Source: a virus
DNA: 64,000 bases
Strand: one strand, 5' to 3'
IMG/VR virus record: IMGVR_UViG_3300045988_154277
Position 1 is the first letter of the stretch. The number at the start of each line of letters is the position of its first letter. The translations under genes were made by a program, and so were the position numbers. The notes below the pieces were generated by a model. The model saw only the letters and a list, made by a program, of their open reading frames with translations. It made no database searches and was not told where the DNA came from. Below, piece after piece: positions 1 to 9,512 of the stretch.

Positions 1-44
1 AGATACGCATGTGTGAGATATAGTCAGTACATCATGCGAAACGC

Positions 45-1241
45 ATGAGCTGGGTAACCATTCCCGGGACGGAAGTAACGACTCCGTCTGAACACAAAAG
101 CGTAAGTATCCACCTCTCTCACTACCTTCCCACTGAGAAGTGTGAAGTGTCTCGTCTTCGTACAGGTTACGAGAAGATCGTAGCCCATCGTTGTAATCCT
201 CCCTTCGCTTATGCTGCAGAAGCAGATGGTGTGATCGAAGCTATCGATCAGGAAGCGAAGATCCTTCGTGTGAAGTACAAAGATAAAACCGTTGCCGTAT
301 CGTTCGGTGATGATTACACTAAGAACGGCGGTGGTGGATTCTACTGTACTCAGAACATCGTAATCAACGGATACGAAGAAGGAGATAAGGTCAAGCGTGG
401 AGATATTATCATCTACAACGACCGGTTCTTCACTCCTGATCCGTACAGCAAACAAGTCAATTGGAACATCGGTGTGTTGAAAGACGTCGTTCTTATCGAC
501 GGTGACAGTACACTGGATGACAGTTGCATCATGGATCATGATCTTGCTAAGGATCTTGCATTCAACCCTGTCCATATCCGTGACATCGTGGTCACCAAGA
601 AGACTACGATCCACAAATATGCATCCATAGGAACAGAGGTCAAATCGATCGATCCTCTGATGATCTTCGACCAGTCGGAACTGAATGAAGATATGTTCGG
701 TGGACTGGATGAAGATGCGATCCGTCTGTTGGGTAAGATCAACAAGAGAACTCCGAAAGCCAAGTTCACTGGTAAAGTAGTCGCACTGGATGCGTTCTAC
801 ATCGGAGGGATCCAAGACATGGCTCCTGGTGTTCGTGGGTTGGTCAGTCTGATCAACAAGATGAAATATCAGAAACACCAAGCTGCGAAAGGAACTGTCA
901 ACCAGGACAACTACCCTGTTTCTCAGAACATCACTCAGTCCAACCGGATCGGTATGACCGAACTGGATGAAGAGACGGTGATCTTCCGGTTCTATATCCA
1001 GCAGGATATGAAGATGAACGGTGGAGACAAAGTGGAGTTCGATAGTTCCTTGAAATCCGTCTGCACAGGTATCTCGAACAACTCCTGGGTGAGTGAAGAT
1101 GGTTCGTTGGTAGGACATGCTCTGTTCTCCACGATCGGTATCGACAACCGTATCATCAACTCTCCTAAGATCGAAGGGATGTGCAACAAGATCTTGGAGA
1201 CTGCGGAACAACAGATCCTCAAGATGTATTTCGAAGAGTGA
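45..1241 (+). CDS. RNA polymerase beta-subunit-like fragment (split multisubunit RNAP)
   Basis: Collinear motifs match the bacterial RpoB hybrid-barrel region: EGDKVKRGDIIIYND vs GEPVERGDVLADG, GDSTLDDSCIMDHD vs NGYNFEDSILVSE, FNPVHIRDI vs FTTIHIQE, DMAPGV vs DLAPGV. An in-frame stop at 21-23 makes this a stand-alone fragment gene. The antisense ORF 24..1292 is a shadow. Confidence 0.55.
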   Translation: MSWVTIPGTEVTTPSEHKSVSIHLSHYLPTEKCEVSRLRTGYEKIVAHRCNPPFAYAAEADGVIEAIDQEAKILRVKYKDKTVAVSFGDDYTKNGGGGFYCTQNIVINGYEEGDKVKRGDIIIYNDRFFTPDPYSKQVNWNIGVLKDVVLIDGDSTLDDSCIMDHDLAKDLAFNPVHIRDIVVTKKTTIHKYASIGTEVKSIDPLMIFDQSELNEDMFGGLDEDAIRLLGKINKRTPKAKFTGKVVALDAFYIGGIQDMAPGVRGLVSLINKMKYQKHQAAKGTVNQDNYPVSQNITQSNRIGMTELDEETVIFRFYIQQDMKMNGGDKVEFDSSLKSVCTGISNNSWVSEDGSLVGHALFSTIGIDNRIINSPKIEGMCNKILETAEQQILKMYFEE

Positions 1242-1288
1242 ATAAGGTACTGTAGGGTGATGGATGTCCATCACCCTACAGTACAACT

Positions 1289-1672
1289 TCACAGTTTGTA
1301 GTAGATCTCCGATTCATCATACGGAGTATTGTCCTTGATCCAATAAGACCAGAACCGTTGAAGTTTCGTCTTACCATACCGGAAGAACGACACTTGTTCG
1401 ATCTCCACGAACCCACGGATCGTTTTTGTTTTATCCCCCTTGACACGGGTTGGAGGATCGTATCGCAACGCGTACGTCAAGATCTTGGTATCACGTTTCA
1501 ACGACTCCTTGAAGAAATACGTCGTCAGGACTCGCTGACGGATCGCATGACCCAAGAACTTCTGTAGGATCGGTCCGATCTTGGCTGTGTCGTTCGTGTG
1601 GAATGCTCCGAACCGATAGCTGGATCGGAGGTGCTGGTCCATAGCGGACAAAGTACGGTAGACGTAGAACAT
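1289..1672 (-). CDS. hypothetical protein (about 127 aa)
   Basis: Start taken as the internal ATG, which is preceded by AAGGAG and sits directly after the stop of the upstream gene. The tracked 169-aa ORF over-extends at its N-terminus. Confidence 0.4.
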   Translation of the reverse strand: MFYVYRTLSAMDQHLRSSYRFGAFHTNDTAKIGPILQKFLGHAIRQRVLTTYFFKESLKRDTKILTYALRYDPPTRVKGDKTKTIRGFVEIEQVSFFRYGKTKLQRFWSYWIKDNTPYDESEIYYKL

Positions 1673-1674
1673 CC

Positions 1675-2112
1675 TCAACTCCTTAAGATTGTTGTATAAT
1701 TGGTCTGATCGACATGTTTCAATTTCACGATATCCGTATTCGTAAGCCAGTCGTAAGTCCAGTTCAGGCAGAGCATATCGTCTTCTGACTTCCCCCATAC
1801 GAATGATACACGGATCTCAGCTTGTCCGCAGAGGACGCCTTGCTCAGCAACCTGTTCTTGATACCGGCAGATCTTGTTGATGTCGTATGCATATACCGTA
1901 TACTGCTTGAACTTCAAGAAGTGATACAGGTTCGTAAACTCTCGGTTGATGAGTTGTTCCAACTCATCCAGTCGTACACGACGAGTGAGCATATTCTTGC
2001 TCTTATCGTAGAGAAGATCTGGTCGTTTACGGATCTTCAGCCCGATCTGGTCAGTCGTGTAGTGGATCGCTTGCGTGATGGTGGTGTTCTCCTTGTCTGT
2101 TTTCGTTGTCAT
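1675..2112 (-). CDS. hypothetical protein
   Basis: 145-aa ORF whose stop lies immediately before the SD of the next gene. Codon usage matches neighbouring genes. Confidence 0.4.
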   Translation of the reverse strand: MTTKTDKENTTITQAIHYTTDQIGLKIRKRPDLLYDKSKNMLTRRVRLDELEQLINREFTNLYHFLKFKQYTVYAYDINKICRYQEQVAEQGVLCGQAEIRVSFVWGKSEDDMLCLNWTYDWLTNTDIVKLKHVDQTNYTTILRS

Positions 2113-2223
2113 GTTTTGATTCCTCTTGTGTTGTGGTTGAGTGTACTTAATGGTGTGAGTAACTTAAGTATTTACCAACTACGATTCACCCTATGCGAAC
2201 AAACTTAACATAGGAGAATAACG

Positions 2224-3588
2224 ATGAATATTCTGAGTGACATGGACACATTCGACAGTGGTGACAACCCGAATTTCAACACGGGAACACTGCTCGATCT
2301 ACCCACTGGTAAATACGTACAAGGTGTGGATGATGAGTGGTATCTAACCGGTGGATTACCGATGCACATCACGGTATTCGGTGGTCGTAATGGACATTTC
2401 AAGAGTACGATCACCAACGCTTGTGCTCAACGTATCACCGCGATCTATCCGGACAGTGACCTGATCGTGGAGGATACGGAAGACAGTCTCACCAAAGACA
2501 AAGACCGCGCTTATGCGATGGCTGAAGAGCTGGCTCCGCAAGTGAATAAGAATAACGTTCAGTGGTTGAAAGGCATCGACTACGATCTCGACAGCTTCGA
2601 TAAGTGGTTCAAAGACTACTGTATCAAGAAAGAAGCCAATGCCAAAGATCTCATGGTGGAAACTCCGTTCTACGATGAGAAGACTCAAAAACCTCTTCGT
2701 GTGATGATCCCCACCACGATGATGATGGACAGCATCACTGAACTGGTAACCGCAGTGGAAGAGGACATGGTCAACGGTGAGAAGACTCAAGGGATCGGTG
2801 ACCCGAAGAACAATACTGTCGCTATGGTGGATGGCAACAAGAAAACACTGTGGATCCGAACCATGCGTCGTCGTTGTCAGAAGTACGGGATCATCTTCGT
2901 TGGTACAGGACATTACGATAAGATCCTAGAGATGGATCCTTACTCACCGACTCCCAAAGAGACCATCGTCGGGAAACAGTCGTATAAGTTGAAACGCTGC
3001 GGTAGCAATCTCAAGTTCCTAGCATCCATCTATGCGATCACCAACGCTACCCTCCTTGTCGATAGCAACAAAGAACCGCTTTACGACGATGGTACTTCTG
3101 CATCGAAGGATATCTTCCAAGTGGATGTTACGTTGGAACGTTGTAAGACAGCTTGCTCTGGAACAACAACTCCGTTCGTTGCATCGCAGACCAAAGGATT
3201 CCTGAATGCTGTTACCAACTACCACTACCTCAGACTGAACAACTACTTCGGTCTGAACGGCAACAAGCAAAAGCAGCAACCGTTCCTGATGCCAGATACT
3301 ACGATCTCTCGCAATACCGTTCGTCAGATCGCAGGATCCTCTCCTCAAGTGAGACGTGCACTGGAACTGGCTGCACAGTACTGCTTCATCAAGAACAACT
3401 GGAACACAAGAGATCTTCATGTGGATTTCAGTATGGATCCTGCCAAGGTCTTCGATATCCTGAACAGCGATAAGAAGAAGACATTGGTTCAAGACATCCT
3501 CAACACCAGAGGATACTGGACCTATGGTCAGTGTGACATCCCATACATGAGTCTGATCCGCATGTTGGAGCTTGTAAAACAAGGATAA
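2224..3588 (+). CDS. UvsX/RecA-like recombinase
   Basis: AGGAG SD upstream. The region ITVFGGRNGHFKSTITNACAQRITAIYPDSDLIVEDTE has the same layout as T4 UvsX ILAGPSKSFKSNFGL...YPDAVCLFYDSE. Core length is RecA-like. Confidence 0.5.
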   Translation: MNILSDMDTFDSGDNPNFNTGTLLDLPTGKYVQGVDDEWYLTGGLPMHITVFGGRNGHFKSTITNACAQRITAIYPDSDLIVEDTEDSLTKDKDRAYAMAEELAPQVNKNNVQWLKGIDYDLDSFDKWFKDYCIKKEANAKDLMVETPFYDEKTQKPLRVMIPTTMMMDSITELVTAVEEDMVNGEKTQGIGDPKNNTVAMVDGNKKTLWIRTMRRRCQKYGIIFVGTGHYDKILEMDPYSPTPKETIVGKQSYKLKRCGSNLKFLASIYAITNATLLVDSNKEPLYDDGTSASKDIFQVDVTLERCKTACSGTTTPFVASQTKGFLNAVTNYHYLRLNNYFGLNGNKQKQQPFLMPDTTISRNTVRQIAGSSPQVRRALELAAQYCFIKNNWNTRDLHVDFSMDPAKVFDILNSDKKKTLVQDILNTRGYWTYGQCDIPYMSLIRMLELVKQG

Positions 3589-3596
3589 TACATATC

Positions 3597-3634
3597 TAAC
3601 ACTAGAGTGGCAACAACACCACTCTAGTGTTAGA
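3597..3634. terminator. bidirectional hairpin terminator
   Basis: Perfect inverted repeat TAACACTAGAGTGG-N10-CCACTCTAGTGTTA between convergent genes. Confidence 0.5.
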
Positions 3635-3640
3635 TGTTTA

Positions 3641-4108
3641 TTACGCGGGGATGAAGTAGAAGAGTTTCATCCGATTCGGTGTCTCGGTGGTAACGATGTG
3701 TGTCACACAATACATAAGACGTCCATCCGAAGCGGAGAACTTTTGTTTGCGGATCAGGATCTGACCCTGCATCTGCTCGATGGTATCACCCTCTTCCAGA
3801 TGATCTTTCTGAGCACACCAGTCGGTCCAGAGAGATTCTGTGATCGCAACTGCGTTGCTCGGAACAGAAGGATGCTGGTGATCACTGAAGAACAGTCCGT
3901 CTTCCCAGTAGTAATTGTTACCACTGCCAGGTTCGTTGGTCACGTGTTTGAGCGCCAGTTCCACCGTATCCACAAGACTGAGGATCTTGTTGTCCACAAC
4001 AGCACGACTTGCGGTACTGATGTCGCTCACCATCTCACCAGCGAGAACGGTCTTGATGTACGCTTCCACAGTCTGTTTCAGCTGTGCCTTGAATTGTTCT
4101 TTCGTCAT
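3641..4108 (-). CDS. hypothetical protein
   Basis: GGAG 9 nt upstream of the ATG. Convergent with the recombinase gene, and the two share a bidirectional hairpin. Confidence 0.45.
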   Translation of the reverse strand: MTKEQFKAQLKQTVEAYIKTVLAGEMVSDISTASRAVVDNKILSLVDTVELALKHVTNEPGSGNNYYWEDGLFFSDHQHPSVPSNAVAITESLWTDWCAQKDHLEEGDTIEQMQGQILIRKQKFSASDGRLMYCVTHIVTTETPNRMKLFYFIPA

Positions 4109-4148
4109 AGAAGAACTCCAAACGACCCCCAGCTGATATTCCTCGCAT

Positions 4149-4157
4149 GGGGGGGGG
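4149..4157. repeat. G9 homopolymer tract, intergenic
   Basis: GGGGGGGGGTAAGCCGCCCC in the divergent region between 3641..4108 and 4288..5526. Confidence 0.8.
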
Positions 4158-4287
4158 TAAGCCGCCCCATACTTGGTTCACGAATGTGTTCTATACCATG
4201 CTTCTGTACCTCTGATCACAGCCTCGTCTAACGCCATGCTATGGCTCAAAACTACCTTGAAAAACCAAGCACATAAGGAGCTTAGAT

Positions 4288-5526
4288 ATGTCTACTGCGC
4301 CTATCCCACCTGTGGTGCGTTCTCCCCTCGTAAGGGATGTGACAGACGCATCGCAGAACAGATCGAAGCAGTTCATCCCCTCCGCATACGCCGTCGGCAA
4401 ACTGTTCACCGGCGTTACGTTGAAGGATGACATCGATCTGGATACTTACGTGGCACCAGGTGTGTCGCGTGTGAATACGTATAAAAACGGACCTCCGGTT
4501 ACCAGTCCTGGTTATCTGGTGATCCACACCGTGAACCCGGATGAGGATAAGAGTACCCTCAAGTATCGGTATCGTCAGATCTACTATCCAGACAGCACCA
4601 CGGAGACAACTCCCTATACTCGTGTGGGTAACAGCACGAATGGAACTACTATCACTTGGTCTGTGTGGACCACGATGGGTGGTAACTGGGTATGTGAGAT
4701 CTTGGGTGGTAACAAAACTGGTATCGTCAACTACATGTACCACTCGTTCAACAGCTGGACGCTTACCCTGCCTGATCCTAAACTGTATGTAACAGGAACC
4801 AGGATCGGATTGACCCAGTGGGTGAACAACGGTAAGGTGGTCTGGGGAACGAACGAACAGGTCACAACCCCTGATATCTCTGAAGAAGGAACTGTGGTTG
4901 GTGCCCTTCAATATATTTTTCAGATTGTACCTAAAAAACAACCGGATGGTAGTAGTGTAAACATATGGGCTCTGGATGTAGACAACAACATCGATGGTAC
5001 CGTCGAAAAGTTGGTGGAGAACTTCCAGAGCAAGGTCGATACGATCAATACCACGATCACGAACCTTACGAACCGCGTTGCTAAAGAAGAACAGACCCGT
5101 GCTTCAGAGGACACTGCGATCCGTAATGAGTTCCGTGCAGCAGATACTGCATTAGAGAACGATTTGAATGCGAAAATCGAAAAGAAGCAGCGTTTGATGA
5201 AGCACTTCATCAATGTAACTAACGCAACAGTTACGAATGGTTCTGGAAACTACGATATATCCGAGTTCGACTATACGCTGGAAGTGATCGCTAATGGAAC
5301 CATTTCAATCTATCCATCCAGCTCCGGAAATGCAGGACCGCATGGCGCACGACTTGTGTTGCATCTTCATCCAGGAATCACCACCGTTGTCAAATACATC
5401 AAGGGGGGACCTGAATATGCAGAGGAAACATTCCAAAACACAAGCACGTCCGATATCCTTGTTATCGATATGCAACTTACATACGTTAACAACACAACGA
5501 CGTGGACTGTCCTGGAAGTAGGATGA
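4288..5526 (+). CDS. tail-fibre-like protein with central coiled coil
   Basis: AAGGAG SD. A long heptad-repeat segment (VEKLVENFQSKVDTINTTITNLTNRVAKEEQ...) is flanked by Thr/Asn/Gly-rich beta-like regions. First gene of a plus-strand structural block. Confidence 0.4.
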   Translation: MSTAPIPPVVRSPLVRDVTDASQNRSKQFIPSAYAVGKLFTGVTLKDDIDLDTYVAPGVSRVNTYKNGPPVTSPGYLVIHTVNPDEDKSTLKYRYRQIYYPDSTTETTPYTRVGNSTNGTTITWSVWTTMGGNWVCEILGGNKTGIVNYMYHSFNSWTLTLPDPKLYVTGTRIGLTQWVNNGKVVWGTNEQVTTPDISEEGTVVGALQYIFQIVPKKQPDGSSVNIWALDVDNNIDGTVEKLVENFQSKVDTINTTITNLTNRVAKEEQTRASEDTAIRNEFRAADTALENDLNAKIEKKQRLMKHFINVTNATVTNGSGNYDISEFDYTLEVIANGTISIYPSSSGNAGPHGARLVLHLHPGITTVVKYIKGGPEYAEETFQNTSTSDILVIDMQLTYVNNTTTWTVLEVG

Positions 5527-5551
5527 TCTATCTAAATAAGGACACAACATC

Positions 5552-7369
5552 ATGCCTAATGATTTTATCACAACAAGAACCCCAGGTTCCCGTACTTCAA
5601 CGTACGGACTGGCGGATCACATAGCGGATACAAATGCTAATCCGCATCCTCAGTATCTGCTGAAGGACGATTACATCACTGGTGGTGCTGTAACTGACGG
5701 TAAATTGGAAGCACATATCAAAGATCTCAATGCACACGCTGGCGTACTCGCTTCGATCCAAATGCTGAACAACTATGTGTTGATATCGAAGTTCACTGAG
5801 CTCTTGAGTGCGAATCTGTATCATGATTATGCAAACGACAGTAGCGAAGCACATGCTGCATCTATGTCTGCTGTGAATGGCGCATATGGTGCAGCGCTGA
5901 CTGCGCTGAGCCAACATACGGTTCAGTATGCACAAAATGCCGCAGTAACAGGGCATCGTGATTCTGAGAACCAAGAGCTGTATGCACATCGAGTGCATAC
6001 ACATACATTGGAAGAACTGGGTGGAGCTACCAGTTTGCTCCCAGATCTGGATAAGAGGTATTCTCAACTTGGTCATAACCACGATGACCGATATGCTCTT
6101 ATCACACACTACCACAACTACCTTGCGCAGTCTGATCTTGAATCAGTCGGTATCTATCCGAACACGACGATCGGTATCGCTGGTACTGATACAGAGACTG
6201 GTGCTGTTACCGATCCGTTTGATTTCAATGACGAGACGCAACAGGGGAATGTTTCGATATCTCCTACTGTGATGTCTTCTGCGTTGAACAAACCAGACAT
6301 CACAACTCCGAGTGCCGCTTCGTTTTTGAATATCACCACAGAGATAACCTCTGCTGACAAAGAAGACGATAGTGATACTACCATCTACGGAGAACGGTAT
6401 GTGTCTCAGTCTTTGACCACCGATAATGGCATCTACTACCGTATCGGTCATCGTGCTGCTGGTTCATTGGCTGAAGGTCAGGATGAGTCTGCTCTCTGGA
6501 CTTGGAGTGATTGGCAACCTGTTGGTGGAGGTTCGAAGGATATCTTCGAGGTGTTTTACTCGACATCAACGGCTACACCAAGAGGCGCATTTCCACTGTG
6601 GACTGGTGAGATGATCACGAACTGTAAAACGCTATATCCGACGTTCTACCAGAAAGCGCTGGAATATCAAACCAGCGGTAAGATCCGAGTGGTTACCCCC
6701 ACTGTTTACGAACAAGAGCTGACTACGTACGGTGAGTGTGGTGCATTCGTGATCGACACAGCGACTGGTAACATTCGTCTTCCGAAGATCACAAGATTTA
6801 TCAGTTCTTTGGATGCGGTTGGTGATATCGGCGTCGCGAAGAACGATATGCTTGTTGACCACACTCACACAAATGATTACACAAATGTCAGTGGCAACGC
6901 ATCCCCGACTGCTGATGGAGTTCATGGTAGTGCCATGCCTGCAGAACGCGCAACTAGAAACACTACAGTGTCTGCAAGTAATTCTAAAACCACAGTTGGT
7001 AATGAAGTCCAACCCAAACACGTTCGTTTGGCGCTGTACATCCAGGTGTACAACTCGATTACGGCATCTGCGATCACTGATCTGGATGCTCGTGTTGGTG
7101 TGCTGGAACAAAATGCGATCATGTTCGCAAGACATGATTTCACAGCATCCCAGTGGAACGATAACAGTGATGGTACCTTCACTTATACGTTCAATACGAA
7201 CCACTTCACTTCATCTCACATTTACATGAATGAGACAGGAGGGTCGGTCCTTGTTGATGAATCCGTAGAAGTGCATATTGAGGGTCCAACTGAAACTGAC
7301 GCATCTTCGCGTAAAGTCAGATTGGTCTCCCCACAGCGGTTCTCCGGATACATCATCACATTGGGGTAA
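5552..7369 (+). CDS. tail fibre protein (His-rich repeats)
   Basis: AAGGA SD. The segments NANPHPQY, AHRVHTHTLEEL and LGHNHDDRYALITHYHNY resemble the HxH metal-binding repeats of long-tail-fibre tips. Thr/Ser/Gly-rich. Confidence 0.5.
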   Translation: MPNDFITTRTPGSRTSTYGLADHIADTNANPHPQYLLKDDYITGGAVTDGKLEAHIKDLNAHAGVLASIQMLNNYVLISKFTELLSANLYHDYANDSSEAHAASMSAVNGAYGAALTALSQHTVQYAQNAAVTGHRDSENQELYAHRVHTHTLEELGGATSLLPDLDKRYSQLGHNHDDRYALITHYHNYLAQSDLESVGIYPNTTIGIAGTDTETGAVTDPFDFNDETQQGNVSISPTVMSSALNKPDITTPSAASFLNITTEITSADKEDDSDTTIYGERYVSQSLTTDNGIYYRIGHRAAGSLAEGQDESALWTWSDWQPVGGGSKDIFEVFYSTSTATPRGAFPLWTGEMITNCKTLYPTFYQKALEYQTSGKIRVVTPTVYEQELTTYGECGAFVIDTATGNIRLPKITRFISSLDAVGDIGVAKNDMLVDHTHTNDYTNVSGNASPTADGVHGSAMPAERATRNTTVSASNSKTTVGNEVQPKHVRLALYIQVYNSITASAITDLDARVGVLEQNAIMFARHDFTASQWNDNSDGTFTYTFNTNHFTSSHIYMNETGGSVLVDESVEVHIEGPTETDASSRKVRLVSPQRFSGYIITLG

Positions 7370-7379
7370 TTACCCCCCC
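7363..7379. repeat. palindrome GGGGTAATTACCCC plus C7 run, centred on the tail-fibre stop codon
   Basis: Perfect 14-bp palindrome at 7363-7376 containing the TAA stop of 5552..7369. C-run 7373-7379. A GGTAATTACC core recurs at 9478-9487. Confidence 0.8.
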
Positions 7380-7437
7380 TCAGTTTAAATATACGCTTAT
7401 TGACTGGGGCGGGGTAACCGCTGCTCGCATCACAGGG

Positions 7438-9069
7438 TTGGAGTCGAATGAGTCCAACATATCAGCGTTGTACGTCCCATCCTTCATCACAGATGAGGAT
7501 GGGGTACAGTATCCTGTGAAATCTGTTGGTTTGAAAGCGTTCGCGGGTAATCCGAACCTTGTCAAAATCTATTTTGGAGAAGGTATCGAAGAGCTTCGTG
7601 AACAAGTATGTTACCACTGCTCTAACTTGGAGTCGGTATCACTTCCGTCTACACTACGTTATATGTGGAATGCGTTTCAAGAGTGTGGGAAGATAACTAC
7701 GTTGGAGTTACCAGCTAATCTGGAATACCTCGGATCAAGTTGGATATATTCGATGGTAGGACTTACTGGGGTGATCAACATCCCAGCTAAGGTAACTGAG
7801 ATCAATATAACAGCCATCTCGTCAGAGCATATAACCGGGTTTAATGTAGCAGCTGCTAATCCCAACTACAAATCCGTCGATGGGTGCTTGTTCACCAAAG
7901 ATGGAACAACGTTGTGTTTAGTACCGTCATCCGCTGATTGGGTGACTGAATATGTTACACCAGATGGTGTAACAACGATTTGGACAAGTGCATTTTCTAC
8001 CAACCGCAGTCTTGTCACATTGACACTTAGCGAAGGGGTTGTATCTGCACCAAGCGCAATCGGTAGCTGCACAAAGTTGATACAGTTGAATCTACCGTCT
8101 ACTCTAACAACCAACCCATTCCAATCCCTCGCCAATATGTACAGCTTATCTGCGATTACCGTATCGGAGAATAGTCAGACATTTGCGGCGGTGGATGGAG
8201 TGATGTTCACCAAAGATCTGAATACATTGATCAAGTATCCTCCTAAGAAAGAAGCAGCATATATCGTACCTTCTACTACCAAAATACTTGGTAGTGGTGC
8301 GTTCTCTTTAGGTAGGATGCAGTCTCTCACCTTGAATGAAGGATTACTTGCTATTTATTCAGATGCATTACGGTCTGTGATCAAAGTTCCAAGTGATAGT
8401 ACACTGAATGTGTTGCGTATTCCGAACACGGTCAACTCTATCGCCAACAACGGATTGTTTGAAGCGTTCTGGTCTGGCTTTGAAGTAGACAACACACATC
8501 CTTATTATTCCACGGATGGTTCTGTTCTTTATAACAAAAATAAGACTGCAGCTCTTGTGTATACCTGTGATACCTCCGCTCCTCACGATCGAGAAGTAAC
8601 ACTTCCATCTACCGTTGAGGAGATCGGTTTAGGTTTCTCACATAACAACAGTCCACTTGTGAAGTTAGATCTGAGTCGAACCAAAGTAACGGTTCTTCCG
8701 CAGTTCACTTGGTTCTCAACAGCGAACGACGGTAATGAACGAACTCTTTTGCTTCCAAACACGTTAACAAGGATCAATTATAACAGCATCCGAATCGTAA
8801 GTGCAAGAACTCTCACGATACCGGCTGGTGTAACTACCATTGAATCTGCTGCGATAGGGTTGGATAATGCAGAGGAGATCGTGTTCGAAGATCCAGGGCA
8901 AGCTGGATCTGATGGAGTTAAGGTGTTCAACCTGACAACCTTCAACAGCATCTTCTGGACTATATCTCCAAGGTGTGTTGTTCGTGGGTATAAAGGATCT
9001 GAAGACAACTTGTCTCCAGCTGAACAAATCGCCAAGCAGTATACATTGCTGTTTGAACCACTCGGTTAA
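7438..9069 (+). CDS. BspA-type leucine-rich-repeat protein, putative receptor-binding protein
   Basis: A 20-25-aa repeat with conserved L/I/V/N/F spacing runs through the protein (for example LPSTLRYMWNAFQECGKITTLELPANLEYLG). The frame is open from 7315 but the first start codon is TTG at 7438. There is no ATG for about 80 codons and no SD. Confidence 0.45.
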   Translation: MESNESNISALYVPSFITDEDGVQYPVKSVGLKAFAGNPNLVKIYFGEGIEELREQVCYHCSNLESVSLPSTLRYMWNAFQECGKITTLELPANLEYLGSSWIYSMVGLTGVINIPAKVTEINITAISSEHITGFNVAAANPNYKSVDGCLFTKDGTTLCLVPSSADWVTEYVTPDGVTTIWTSAFSTNRSLVTLTLSEGVVSAPSAIGSCTKLIQLNLPSTLTTNPFQSLANMYSLSAITVSENSQTFAAVDGVMFTKDLNTLIKYPPKKEAAYIVPSTTKILGSGAFSLGRMQSLTLNEGLLAIYSDALRSVIKVPSDSTLNVLRIPNTVNSIANNGLFEAFWSGFEVDNTHPYYSTDGSVLYNKNKTAALVYTCDTSAPHDREVTLPSTVEEIGLGFSHNNSPLVKLDLSRTKVTVLPQFTWFSTANDGNERTLLLPNTLTRINYNSIRIVSARTLTIPAGVTTIESAAIGLDNAEEIVFEDPGQAGSDGVKVFNLTTFNSIFWTISPRCVVRGYKGSEDNLSPAEQIAKQYTLLFEPLG

Positions 9070-9134
9070 CAACATGATAACTTCTTGGGAGTATGTATCT
9101 CCCAAGAAGTTCTATTAACAACAAGGATAACATT

Positions 9135-9482
9135 ATGTCTTACATCAAACATATGGGTAAGTTGGAACACGGAGGTGCTATCGGTGTCCCTGATTACCAA
9201 CAAGGGATCGTTATCCCTTGGGTAGATGGGTCCGGTTCTATGCAAGAGATAGGTGGTTCCAGTCGTAATATCCAGAAACAATACACGATACCTCAAGATG
9301 GATGGGTGATCGGACGACTTGGTGCAACTCACTACTCAGTCAACGGGATTTGGGTGAACCAAGGACAGGACAGCTACAACGGAGAAGGTTGTATCCCTGT
9401 GAAACAAGGCGACATCCTTGGTTGTGCAGCCAACTCACCATCAGATCATGTTTATTTCTACCCAGCTGTGGGGGGGGGGTAA
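9135..9482 (+). CDS. small tail-module protein, paralog A
   Basis: Start MSYIKHMGKL follows AAGGAT. Ends ...FYPAVGGG, encoded through a G10 tract directly before the stop codon. Confidence 0.5.
   Translation: MSYIKHMGKLEHGGAIGVPDYQQGIVIPWVDGSGSMQEIGGSSRNIQKQYTIPQDGWVIGRLGATHYSVNGIWVNQGQDSYNGEGCIPVKQGDILGCAANSPSDHVYFYPAVGGG
9470..9479. repeat. G10 homopolymer tract at the 3' end of paralog A
   Basis: Encodes the terminal GGG of paralog A directly before TAA. Part of GGGGGGGGGGTAATTACC. Confidence 0.85.
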
Positions 9483-9512
9483 TTACCTTCTTGATGAGAG
9501 GAGGGCTGCCTA

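Noticed and set aside
24-1292. 422-aa minus-strand ORF covering the first gene
   Set aside because: It is the antisense shadow of the RNAP beta-like gene. Its composition (runs of V/D/R/H) is typical of the reverse frame of GAT/ATC-rich coding sequence, and the plus frame carries the RpoB motifs.
1289-2112. Overlap of the 145-aa and 169-aa ORFs in different frames, considered as a programmed frameshift or pseudogene
   Set aside because: The stop of the upstream ORF is followed, within the downstream ORF, by an ATG preceded by AAGGAG. Two ordinary adjacent genes explain the overlap.
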